From the human T2T-CHM13v2.0 reference genome, Homo sapiens: a stretch of 64,000 bases of DNA. The notes beneath the pieces are model-generated. The model ran no database searches, was not told the origin of the DNA, and worked only from the letters and a program-made list of their open reading frames with translations. Position numbers and translations under genes: made by a program. The stretch lies in NCBI RefSeq assembly GCF_009914755.1, contig NC_060934.1; one strand, written 5' to 3'. Positions 19,075 to 34,679 of the stretch are shown in pieces (the stretch's first letter is position 1; every line of letters starts with the position of its first letter).

Positions 19075-20690
19075 GAGTTCTTTCTAGTTTATTTTTTGAC
19101 CGTCAACATCATTATACATGTGATTATTTTATTAGCCTAAACATGTAGAAAAGGAATTGCTGGACCAAAATTTGAAAGTGTCTGGTAAACACCATCAAGA
19201 CGCTGAAAAGGTTTTGCCAATAATTTATGCTCTCACCAATACTATATAGTCAATTAAATTTAAGGGTCAATTCCAATAGTTAATCCTGGCATACAAATGG
19301 TTTTGGGAACACTATGAATTTGGTAGTGAAACGAGAGGAGGAAAATTGCCTCTTCAAAGAGGTAATCAACCCTAATCTTTATTTCAGTTTCTTGGAGTTC
19401 TTTAGACCTCTGGGAGTGGTCTAAGCTTAGGAAAGACTTTACCTCATACAGTTTTGGGGAATGTGCACAACTCTAGGACAATTTAACCTTAGGGCCGACC
19501 TGGGGGTAAAGCTGCCTAAGACATAAGGTAGAGCCAGAATGCTGGCATTTCGCATAGTTCTTAGACAAGCCCATGCCCTGGGAATTTCTGGTCCATAGAC
19601 AGTCAAAGGGTAGTTAGTCTCCATTAAAATAGGAGGGAGGCAGTTAAGCTGCAGTTTCTGGCAGACTTCTAGGGACAATCTAGTCAGGCGACCCATGTTT
19701 CTACTCGAATAAATTCTGAACATAAAGAAAAAACACTTAGAAATGTAATGTATATTCTCCAAACAGACTTAAAATTCATATTGAACTGTCTTGCTAGTGT
19801 TTGAAAATCCTAAGACAATGAAATTACATAGGATGGTTACTATAAGCTTATTATCATTACATATTATCTCTGCAATGGCTAAAAAGAGCTCTTTATTCGT
19901 TATCAGTGTGATCTACTTAATGGCAATCGGCAAGTTTTCCTAAATAATATGAAATACTACATGTTAAGAACCCGAAAATAAAATTAAAAAAAAAAAGAAC
20001 AACAACAACAAAAGGGTTTTAAAATTTCATAAGAAGATTGTGAGACTTTTCTTGAATTCCTCCAGCAAGGCTTCGGCTATACAGGCATTTATTCCTTCTA
20101 ACAACTGTTTTTCTTTCATTTACATTTTTTCCAAAAAATACACTTCAGCCCTGATTCTAAAACAAAACAAAACAAAACAAAAAACCATGTATAATTTCAC
20201 ATCTAAAGAAAAGAAATAGCTGATGTTTCTACTTCACAGTGTACAGCCTATCTATGAGCTTTATCTCAGCCTCAGTTATTAGATGACTTTCAGAGAGCTG
20301 CCAGAAATAGTCTTTTATTTAAACTGGTTTTCCTTACACTGTTATTTGACAGTTGTGTTATAGAAAGATTATTCAATATCAGTGATGTCAAAAAGCTTGG
20401 ATTTCCCAAGAGTTCCTGGGTGACAGATTCTAGAAGGCAAGCCAGTGCTTTTCTACTTTAGGAATATATTTTCTTCAAATTCATGTTACTATTTTATGCC
20501 CAAATTACATATGTCTGCATAATAGACCCCCATCCCTAACTTCAGAGATCTAAAAAAAAAAAAAAAATCATCTGCTTGAATTTCATTTCATGTGGTTTTT
20601 TATTCCATACCATGTGCTCAATAATAGCCAAAGTGACGGCTTATGCCAAGATGCAATTTATTGCATAGATGCTTAGAACTAGCTACTTTA

Positions 20691-20992
<302 letters not shown>

Positions 20993-21220
20993 GACAACTA
21001 GCTACCGTAATAAAGAAATTAGATTTTTGTTACTTAACCTATGCTAATGACACTCTTTAGATGTGACTAAGTTTGGCATTCACCCAAAAACTGTTTTCAA
21101 TTTAGTGTTCAAACAGAAAAATTTAGACAGTCTAACTAATTTTCTAGCTTTTATCATGTATACATACATAGAAAATAACTGGTCCCTTAAGACATTTAAA
21201 AATGCTAGACGGGATACTGA

Positions 21221-22671
<1,451 letters not shown>

Positions 22672-23514
22672 CAAATAAGCATCTTTATAAGTTGTTCCAG
22701 AAGCAGGTTAAGCAACACCATGATAAGACGTAAGCATAATCAAACACTATTAAGCCGAGGGTTTAAATGAAAGGTCCAGCTATACAGATGGACCAATACA
22801 TTTGATTCCGGTCTCGCTTCTAAGAGGCAGACAATGTGAAAATGTGGGGCTCGCAGACCAAAAGCAAACATCATCTTTAAATATCATCAATTATTGAGGG
22901 CTAAATTTCTTCAGAGCCATCCCAACCATCAGTAGAAGAAAAACAGGACAGAGCAGAGGCTGAGGAAGATAGGATAAGTGAGAAGAGTTCTAAGGAACTG
23001 GGATCAGGGCAAGTCTCCACAGTTTGCTCTAGGGTAATGAAGGGGAGACTATGGCAGAAAGGCCCACTGAGGTCCACTTGACACTGTAATCAATGGTATA
23101 GTGATAGATGGGTGCCTGGGTCTCCTTTCTACCTAGAAAGAACTCAAAGAAGCCACATCTCAAATATGCTTTCATTCAAATATTTTTAGAATTACCACTA
23201 GCTAAATACAATATCAGGTGCTCTGGAAATACAAAGCCATATGACATAGTTCCCACTTCAAGATATTATTTAATGATGTCCTATCCACTGCCTAAGTTTT
23301 CTTCTTACTTAGAGATTCTTTTGAATTAACAAGGACTTTCATGTAAATATTTCTGTAGCTGTTATGGGACACCATCATTCATTCATGATTTAATGTGAAC
23401 ATTGCTTTTAAATTATGACAAAAAATAAAATTCTAGTTGAGATATCCTAGGAGAAGGATAATTTTGATTGGACAAGTCAGATGAGAAGAAGGAATACTTT
23501 TACATGTTAGGTCA

Positions 23515-24075
<561 letters not shown>

Positions 24076-25554
24076 TCACAGAAAGCTTTACAGGGCGACA
24101 TATGCTATTCAAGAGAGGACAAAATTTATGCAGACATAATTCTGGTGGCAGTATCAGCCCATATAGCATACTCCTGACCACCTCGTTCCATACTCCTTTC
24201 TTTTTAGAGCATAGCCCCATCTTGACTATTTGTATTAAAAGGGTAGGGCTCCAGAAATCACGTGTCTGTAACTATATTTCCACAACATTTTAAATGAATA
24301 TTAGAATTTTATTACATTATAAGAATATTATTATTTTCAAAACAATGAGGCTGGACTGATTCAAATAAAATACAAGTATGAAAGGCTAATAAGGAGAACC
24401 TCAAGGGTAAAAAATTATAAAATCGCCCTCAAGATACAGTCAAAATACATTTAGATCTTATTTTTCTTATAAGCCACAATTTGCTTCTTTGCCCTCTCTG
24501 TTCTCTGCTTAGCCTTGAACAAATCACAAGCAATTATTCCCAAAGGATAAATTTCCTTTTTCAGATTAAAAAATATTTTAATATTCTAGAATAGTCACAA
24601 GCAGATTTGAGAGATTAAACACAACTGCCACTTCTTTCTTGCTTGAATGAATTCAACATCATCTATAAATAACTTGATATATTTCAAAGCATTATTTTAA
24701 TGTTTTGACAGAAGCTGCATTATCATAAAACCAATGAATTAACCACAAAAACAGGTTATGCCAGAAAAGGAAGTTATTGGTAAATAACACATTGTGATAC
24801 TTTTGGCCTTACAATATGCAAATGAGTATTTCAGAAATTCTAAGCACCTCTCATAGGCTAAAATAACACTGAAAAAGATTAGCCTTTTACCTTCTTAATC
24901 TTATTCTTCATAACATCAATTTAGCAATGGCAGATAATTTCCAGACATAGAAATTATGAAGATAATAGCTAAACCAAATTTTCTGTGTAACTTCCCCAAC
25001 TCTGATGTCCCAGTAAGAAGGATTTGTAACTGCTTTATACCTGTTGATACATCTCATCTGTTAGGCCTTGTCCATATTTTTCAATACATCACTCGACCTG
25101 AAAAACTTATTTTCATCTAAAACTTTTATAACATTTTCATTAGATGGAATGGCACTGATCAGCACCACACTTTCCAAGTCACATACACTTTGTGATCTGC
25201 TCTTGACTTCAGCATGGCAAGAGAAATAAGATATTACACAACTTCACTTGAATGCTATTGTAATATCTCAAAAGGCTTGTATATTTGTGAGAAAGATGCA
25301 TCATAATGAGGATGTAGCTTAATTTTCAGTAAATCAAATCTGGCTACTGTGAAAACACTTAATTCAATTTCTCCACTGATTCTCTAAAATCTAAAGAGAT
25401 AATCAAAATGAGAATATAATGAATTATGCCAGATTTTCATTAAGTCTGCCTCCAAATTTTAAAGCCCTGGGTACCAAACATTTTTGCTTTGATTTTTCTG
25501 GTAGCTTTTCAAAGATTAATAGTAAAAAGTAAGGAAGTTGCTTAATGATAAACT

Positions 25555-25559
25555 ATTAT

Positions 25560-25608
<49 letters not shown>

Positions 25609-25896
25609 TTGAGACAGTCTTGCTTTGTTGCCCAGGCTAGGGTGCAGTGGCGTGATCTCAGCTCACTGCCGGATCACTAACCTCTGCCTCCCAGGTTCAA
25701 GCGATTCTTGTTTCTCAGCTCCCTAATAGCTGGGATTACAGGTACTCACCACCATACCCAGGTAATTTTTGTATTTTTAGTAGAGACAAGGTTTCACCAT
25801 GTTGGCCAGGCTGGTCTCCAACTCCTGACCTCGAATGATCTTCCTGCCTCAGCCTCCCAAAGTGCTGGGATTACAAGCATGAGCCACTGTGCCCAA
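25555..25896 (-). mobile_element. AluS with (TA)n/polyT tail
   Basis: Alu consensus. Confidence 0.92.
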
Positions 25897-27309
25897 TTAT
25901 AAATGTTTTATTATTGCCTCCCCATCAAGCTATCTAGAATTGTTTTCATGTTATTAGCCCACAGGGTTAATAACTTTAGATTGAACATATATGAAGACAA
26001 AGAACACACAATAATATTTCATAATTGTCAATGGCCAAGGGCCAAATTCTAAGTTATATTACCATTACCTAGTGAATCTTAGCATTAGTAAGAATGATCC
26101 AAGTCAATAAATAATATTTAGCATTCCAAAGAAATTCTGATAACCCTTCTCTATATCTAGTTATGCAGAAAAATCTCTGACTTCTGTGTATAAAATTTAA
26201 GACCATCAGCTAATGTTCCAGTTGGTTAGTGCAGAGAAGTAAGCTACTAATAACCATGCTTGTTTATTCCCACTCAATTCTTATTAACTTACTTTAAGAA
26301 TCAGCAGTCCTTGGAAATTATTTAATAATAATTATTAACAGTCTCTTCATCTTGCCTAGAATGAATCTGAATTCATTTTATTAATGAGTAGTTATCTAGT
26401 AAATACTTAATATTCTATTTAATATGGATGCTATGGCTCATGCTGAAAATTCTTCAAGTTAATCCATCAAAGCTGATTAGAGAGATAAGGTTTAAAGCAA
26501 TAGAATGTATGAGTTAGGAGTAAAGAGGGGATACAAATATATGAATTCTGAATTATAAGAAACCAAGCTTGTTTGGGAATAGATTAATTAAAATACACAT
26601 TTTCCTCATTTCACTGGTACTGGGTACAGACTGAAGACATCAACAGCTACAAGGACTATTCTAAATTTAGGATATCAACAGCAAAGTAGAGTCTTAAGTT
26701 TGCTAAAGGTTTTTTTTTTTTAATAAAATGAAAAAAACAACATATGTTATATTCTTGCTCTGTTACCTTGCCACCATGCTTAATATAGATATGTCTGTAG
26801 TGAATATCATTACAAATTTATAATCAGTCATGCAGCTTATATTCTAGATTGGAAAATGGACAATAACAGTATAAAAAATAAATTATATGAAATGTTAAAT
26901 AGTGATATGTGCCAAGGAGAAAAAATAAAGAAAGAGGTTTAGGAGATGTGTGTTGTATGAGTGAAATGGAATAAAAGGTGTTTAAACGTGTAGGTTGGCC
27001 AAGGAAGGCCCATTACCCGAATCACATACAGAGAAGAGTAAGAAATTCATGCCACTGCTTATTGTAAGCACGAGATATTTCTGCCAGATTGATTGTTATT
27101 CTGGATACGTGTCCTAGAAACTCTTATTTAGAAAAACCAAACTTCCATAAAGTTTAAATAAGAAGAATTAACTCTAATGGAAGAAATTATATTGCATAAC
27201 ATGCTTTCTTTAGAAAAACAGCTTTCTTAATTTTATTTTTAAGTCAAGAAAAAAACCCACATGATTTCCTATATGTAGTTGTTGACTTTTATTTTAGACC
27301 ACATAGTAG

Positions 27310-27733
<424 letters not shown>

Positions 27734-28113
27734 TTATTCCGTTAACTTTGAATGAAAACAGCTCCTCAGAAATATGGCGGTCCCACAGCATCTGGCTGAT
27801 GCCCTTTGCACCGTTCTAGCTGGTTTTCTGTGGCCCTGCTATCCATCAGAGTAACAGATGAATGCATATGCTAATGTACTTTCCCTATTCCCAAGCCACT
27901 CCCTGGCAAAGATTTTCCCTAGGGTATTGGGTGCCCTCTCGCAGATGACTTGGGAACCATTTAGTGTATTTAGACTGTAATGATCCCTTGTTACCCACAA
28001 GAAAGGAGAGTCACTGAGTGCCTCATTTCCTGTCATCCTAGCGGCAATCTGAACATGGGAAAGAACTGATCTCAGTGTCATTTCTCATATTTCTCCCCAT
28101 CTTGTTATAATAG

Positions 28114-28237
28114 ATAAAGTAGACAATGCAGTGTGCAAAACTCAGATTGCAAGGATGCTTGAACTGCCCACTATCTATAGGAGAGTTTATGACCAGCCTT
28201 TCCGTAGTTCAGCCTTAGACAAAGAAGCAGCACTGAA
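28114..28237 (+). pseudogene. Isolated copy of one STN1/OBFC1 (CST complex) exon with flanking AG and GT
   Basis: tag|[44 protein letters not shown]|gt versus recalled STN1 [40 protein letters not shown] (31/40 identical by eye). Confidence 0.88.
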
Positions 28238-28289
28238 GTTACAGCTTAACACTGCTGAATATGTGACCACAGCAGTAATGTCAAGTGAC

Positions 28290-28445
28290 AGGAGCCCAGA
28301 TGCTGGGGTTGGCCTGGGTTCGAATCCTAAACTGTCTCCTTACTCACTGTGGGTCTAGGGACAGGTTCTTTAACCCTCTGTATGCCTCAATTTCCTCATT
28401 TGTAAAATGAAAGTAACAACAGTATAAACTTATAGGGTTGATTTG
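28290..28445 (+). mobile_element. MIR
   Basis: cctgggttcgaatcct...gcctcaatttcctcatttgtaaaatg core. Confidence 0.75.
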
Positions 28446-28620
28446 AGGAAAATATGTCACTGGAGTCTCAGCGGGAGAGGAAGGGAGATCATAGAAAAAG
28501 TATTTGAAGAAACATATAAAGGCACAGGTCTAAAAAGCTCAATGAACCCAAAGACAAGAAACATGAAGAAAACTGCATCAAGGCACATCATAATTAAAAA
28601 GAACATGTGCCAAAAATAAA

Positions 28621-28855
28621 CAAGTGGTTCTCAGACAGGGATGATTCTTCCCCACCCCCAGCACATAGACGACATTTAGCAATATCTGGAGACAGTTTTG
28701 CTTGTCATAGCTGGGGGAGGGTGTAGGCTGTGCTGCTGGCATCTAGCAAGCAGAGGTCAGGAATGTTGCTAAATATCCTAAAGTGAACTGGACAGCCCTC
28801 ACAATAATGAATTATCCTGCCCAAAATATCAACAGTGCTAAGAGTGAGAAATCCT
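28621..28855. mobile_element. MER20-like hAT-Charlie MITE
   Basis: cagtggttctc...gacatttagcaatatctggagacagttttg...ggcatctag...gagaaatcct matches the recalled MER20 consensus. Confidence 0.8.
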
Positions 28856-28895
28856 AAAGGCATGTTATAATCAAATGTTTAAAACCAGTAGTAAT

Positions 28896-29142
28896 ATCAG
28901 GCAAGAGAAAAAAATAAAAGGCATCCAAATAGGGAAATAAGAAGCCACATTATCTCTTCACTGACAATATGATTCTATACCTAGAAAACCCAAAATACTC
29001 TGCCAAAAGGCTCCTAGACCTGAAAAATGACTTTACTGAAGTTTCAGGATACAAAATCAATGTACAAAAATCAGTAGCATTTTTACACACCAATAACTTT
29101 CAAGCTGAGAGCCAAATCAAGAACTCAATTCCATTTACAATA

Positions 29143-29179
<37 letters not shown>

Positions 29180-31287
29180 CCTAGGAATATACGTGACCAA
29201 GAAGGTGAAAGATCTCTACAAGGAGAACCACAAAACACTGCTGAAAGAAATCAGAAATGATACAACCAAATGGAAAAACATGCCATACTCATGGGTTGGC
29301 AGAATTAATATTGTTAAAATGACCATACTGCCCAAAGGAATCTACAGATTCAATGCTATTACTAATAAATTACCAATGTCATTTTTCACAAAATCAGAAA
29401 AAAACTATTCTAAAGTTCATATGGAATCAAAAAAGAGCCTGAATAGCCAAAGCAATCCTAAGCGAAAAGAGGAAACCCAGAGGTATCACATTACAAACTA
29501 TACTATAAAGCTACAGTAACCAAAACAGCATGGTCCTGGTACAAAAACAGACACATAGACCAATGGAATAGAACAGAAAACCCGGAAATAAAGCTGTACA
29601 CTTACAACCATCTTATTTTCAACTAAGCTGACAAAAATAAACAATGGAGAAAGGACTCCCTATTTAATAAATGGTGCAGAGATAACTAGCTAGCCATATG
29701 CAGAAGAATGAAACTGGACCCTTACCTTGCATCATATACAAAAATTAACTCAAGATGGATTAAAGATTGAAATGTAGGACCTCAAACTATAAAAATCCTA
29801 GAAGAAAACCTAGGAAATACCATTCTAGACATCAACTTTGGGGCGAAATTTATGAGTTATTCCCCAAAAGCAATTTCAACAAAGGCAAAAATTGACAAGT
29901 GAGACCTAATTAAACTAAAGAGTCTCTGCAAAGCAAAAGAAACCATCAACAAAGTAAACAGACAAACTACAGAATGGGGGAAAATATTCACAAACTATGC
30001 ATCTGACAATGGTCTAACATCCAGAATCTATAAGGAGCTTAAATAACTCAACAAGCAAAAAAGCAAATAACCTCATTAAAAGTGGGCAAAGGACATGGAT
30101 AGATCCTTCTCAAAAGAAGACACATAAGCAGCCAACAAACATGAAAAAATGCTCAGTATCACTAATCATCAGAGAAATGCAAATCAAAGCTACAATGAGA
30201 TGCCATCTCACACCGGTCAGAATGGCTATTATTATCATTATTATTATTATTATTATTATTTTCGAGATGGAGTTTTGCACTGTCTCTCAGGCTGGAGTGC
30301 AGTGGAGTGTGATCTCGGCTCACTGCAACCTCCACCTCCCGGGTTCAAGTGATTCTCCTGCCTTAGCCTCCTGAGTAGCTGGGATTACAGGCACCCACCA
30401 CCACACCTGGCTAATTTTTGTATTTTTTTTTTAGTAGAGATGGGGTTTCACCATGTTGGCCAGGCTGATCTTGAACTCCTGACCTCAAGTGATCTGCCTG
30501 CCTTGGCCTCCCAAAGTGCTGGGATTATAGGCATGAGCTACCATGCCCAGCCTAGAATGGCTATTATTAAAAACACAAAAGATAAGAGATGCTGACGAGG
30601 CTGCAGAGAAAAGGGAATCCTCATACACTGTTGGTGGGAATGTAAATCACTTCAGCCACTGTGGAAACCAGTTTGACGATTTCTCTAAGAACTACAAACA
30701 GAACTACCATTCAACCCAGTAATCCCATTACTGGATACATACCCAAAGGAAAATAAATCGTTCTACCAAAAAGACACATGCACTTGTATGTTCATCGCAG
30801 ATTTATTCATAATAGCAAAGACACAGAATCAACCTAGGTGACCATCAGTGGTGGACTGGATAGAGAAAATGTGGTACACAACACTATGGAATACTACACG
30901 GTCATGAACAAGAATGAAATAATGCCCTCTGCAGCAACATGGATGTAGCCAGAGGCCATCATCCTAAGTAAATTAACACAGGAACAGAAAACCAAATACC
31001 GCACGTTCTCATTTATAAGTGGGAGCTAAACACTGGGTACATGTGGACATAAAGATGGGAACAACTGACACTAGGGACTACTACAGAGGGTAGAGCGGGA
31101 GGGGGACAAGGGCTGAAAACCTACCTATTGGGTACTATGCTCACTATCTGGGAGATGAAATCATTCATACCCAAACGTCAGCATCACCCAATATCATATA
31201 ACAAACTTGTACGTGTCCTCTCTGAATCTAAAATAAAAGTTGAAATTATAAAAACAAAAAACAAGCAAGCAAAAAAAAAAAAAAAAA
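28896..31287 (+). mobile_element. 5'-truncated L1PB-type LINE-1 (ORF2 3' part, 3'UTR, polyA), inserted in an older L1M and interrupted by an Alu
   Basis: ORF2 remnants ([30 protein letters not shown]); polyA 31271-31287; degenerate TSD aaaaccagtagtaa / aaaactagtgataa. Confidence 0.93.
30237..30552 (-). mobile_element. AluS inside L1PB (TSD agaatggctattatt), (TTA)n tail
   Basis: Alu consensus with direct repeats. Confidence 0.94.
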
Positions 31288-32917
31288 CTAGTGATAAAGA
31301 GACTCTTAAAATCATACCCTGATTCTATTTTCTTCATTCCTGACAAACATAGAAAGTAACTTACAAAGTAAGCACTTCATTGTAAATCACTCACCACATT
31401 CAAACTAGGAGTTGAGCACCATAAAGTAAATGTGCTGGGAATGGCAGAGCTACTTGGAGGGGTTTCTAGAACCCAAGGGTCATTGTGACTTTTTAAAAAC
31501 AAGCTTTTAAGTGGTTAAGGGAGCTATGCGATGTACCAGGTACTCTGAAGGTTCTGTTCTGTGTTCCTTCTGACATTTGGAAAGATATGAAGTTAACAGG
31601 ACTAAGCAGTGGACACAAGTTCAAAGCTTATTTCAGCTCAACAAACATTTGCTACAACTACTTACAAGTATACATTTTATACCAATGCAGGTCTCTTCAT
31701 TTAATGCCATAGTCTTTCTGCTACATCATGGCTATTTGCTGTATAATAAATTCTGTCCAAAGTCACAAAAATGTTTTAAAAATTCCCACCAATTTGGGTC
31801 ATTTTTTAAAAAAGATAAGGTTTATGGATCTTTAAAAATCAGACACAAAGTAACATGTTGTGACAGAATAAAAAAATAAAAACCAAGACAGATTTCCACT
31901 AAATATTAGGCACTAAACTATTAATAGCTACTTTATATTCATGATGTCATCATTCTCAAATAAATAATTTGGGTTTGATATTACTGCCCCCTTCATTTTA
32001 CAGACACAACAGAAGAACAAATCTATTGTCTTCCCCCAAATCACAAGCTAAGAAATGGTGGGGCTGGGATCTGAACTAGAGATGCTTTTAAAAGTACATT
32101 ATGATCTTAAGTTGTATGCTGCTGGAGTTATTTTGGATTTTCATAACAAATCAATGTGTATTTTCATTGCCAGGGTACTGCTCCACCGTATGAATTTATT
32201 CAGACACTTTGGTGTCCCAAAGTCAGCTGTGGCAAGGCATATACATATATATATATAATTTCCTTGTCAATCCTTACACACTTACACAGAGGAATAAGAA
32301 CGAAAGTGGTCACAGTCATGGCAGGACATGTATATGCCACTTATTAAAAACTATCTTCTAGTAGCTTTATGTTTACAGATGGCTGGCTTGGAGAAGGTGA
32401 AAAAGAGAGGGTTATTTTTGTTTGATATGTCCCAGACCAAAAAAAAAAAAAATTGCAAATCACTTATTTCAAACATACAAATCTGAACTCTGGTTCACCT
32501 TAGGTAGATTTTAATAGACTACACATGGAGAGCTATGAACATAACATTTTGTTTAGTTTTTCTGAATGGTTAAAAAAAGTCACATCAAAAAGTAATAAAA
32601 TTTAAAATCACTTAGAGTAGCATACTAATCAACAAAGCTATTGATAGTTTTAAAAAATCAGAAACTCCTCAATGCTCTAAGTGAGTCAAAATTGAGTTTT
32701 GTGTCTTCAGAAGTATTCCTCCAAGGTTAAAAAACAAATATTCAACTCAATTAGGTCAACCAAGCCAATTTTCTTCTTTAGTGGAGGAAATGATAGATCA
32801 AAATATGTGTTATTGGAGAAGCAGTAAGTTAATGAAGGATATAGTAGTAAGCAATACATGACTCACCTTGACAGAATACAGAGTGACAGACAGTTAAAGG
32901 TAGATGTCACTTCTTAG

Positions 32918-33227
<310 letters not shown>

Positions 33228-33430
33228 TAGTTTTCTCTTCTTTCTGCCTCTCTCAGGTGGTTCTATACCCAAGTTACAGTAAATTAAAAGCAAATGAAAT
33301 TTTATGTAACTTATAATTCATTATAATTCATTAACTCTACCAATATGTCTTGTTTTATAAACATATAAACAATTATGTTTATAGTCCTGTATCTGCTCTA
33401 CAAATGGAAAAAGAAAACGTTTATACTTAC

Positions 33431-33545
33431 TGGAAAGAACAGTTGTGAGGAAAATGTAGTCTGAAAAGGATATGAGCCCACATTCTCCAAGGGTGTAAAA
33501 TATACTGCCTTCATCAGCAAATTTTTCTCGTTCCTGGGAAATTTT
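33431..33545 (-). CDS. MICU1: MICU1 coding exon 6 (115 nt; [38 protein letters not shown] + 1 nt)
   Basis: Acceptor cattctgtag, donor A|gtaagt; translation matches MICU1; too short for the ORF track. Confidence 0.98.
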
Positions 33546-34553
33546 CTACAGAATGTATGGGTCCCACCAAAAGACAAAAATATATAAGTGAATTAGAATA
33601 TAAATAGTAAGAGATGAATCACCATTTATCTGACAGTTTTATGCTATTTATCATAAGCATTTCTCTCATGGCCATTCAAAATCAATGGATCCTTTACAGT
33701 TTTCAAGATGATGAAAATTTTAAGACAAAAATTATGTTTTCATTTCAACACTAGTTCAATATGAACATTAGAAAATAATTTCAATGTTAGAACCCTCTGC
33801 CATTGCACATATACAGGCCCACTTCAGAACAGGTTTTGTTTCTTAGTTTGAAAAACAATCCACCTTCTCCTACAGAGGTATACGTGGTAGTAAACAAATA
33901 AACAAACACATGAAAAAACTAAAAGGAAATCAGTTTTGTCCAAGAAAAACTAGACTGATAGTGATTAGAAAGAAAGAAGTGAGCAACTATTTCCAAGGCC
34001 TATACAAATGCTCAGAAAACCAATTTTTGAAAAACTAATTTTACTTGATAGCCCCAAGAATCTTAGCTTCAGAATACAGACCAGTATGCAGAGTGAATAG
34101 CATCTCTGAAATATAATGCCAAATCAGTCGTACACACTTTCGGCAATTTAATCATATCTACTGTTACTTTAATGGAGGCTCCTAGATGTCAGCTATTTGA
34201 TGAAACTGTCTCCTACAACTTAGTTTTTACTCTAAATATATATTTCTCTTCTTTAATCTATAAATCTCACAAAGAAAGTTAGTTCTCAGCTTTGGTAATT
34301 GTCTGCCTGGCAAGTGGTCTCTTCCTGGGTGTTTAAACAAACTTACTCTGTTTTCTGAATTCTTAGCCAAAGCATAAACTTAGTTGTGACATTGAATATA
34401 TTTTCAAAAACTGAAAAGGATCCACCAAAAAGTTAGACTTGAAACTAATTTCCACAAGTTCTAGACCACCAAAAATATTTAAGGAATTATTTTGAGTATA
34501 AAAAATAGATTTTAAAAACCCAAACCAATAAAGCACAATCAAAGTAATAATGT

Positions 34554-34670
34554 CATGCAAGCATAAAGTAAGAGGCAGCATTGCAGGCATAACTTCAAGA
34601 GGAGTATGATGAAAACTAAACCAACAAGCACCATCACACCAGCATCCAGTTACACAACTATCCAATGGGT
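34554..34670 (-). promoter_or_regulatory. Putative intronic splicing enhancer downstream of the TE microexon (UGG/GGUG-rich tract, YGCY cluster, UGCAUG)
   Basis: tggatgctggtgtgatggtgcttgttggt immediately downstream; TGCATG at 34559-34554. Confidence 0.5.
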
Positions 34671-34673
34671 TAC

Positions 34674-34679
34674 CTCTGT
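34674..34679 (-). CDS. MICU1: MICU1 6-nt alternative microexon (ACAGAG = Thr-Glu)
   Basis: ccactag|ACAGAG|gtaacc with upstream pyrimidine tract; phase 0/0; matches the recalled +TE (478-aa) MICU1 isoform inserted after DGK. Confidence 0.88.

Noticed and set aside
26205-26260. tRNA A-box-like cagttggttagtgca
   Set aside because: No B-box or cloverleaf; too degenerate to call a tRNA or SINE.
28969-30230. L1 ORF2-like ORFs
   Set aside because: Fragmented, 5'-truncated fossil L1 with stops, a CA microsatellite and an Alu insertion.
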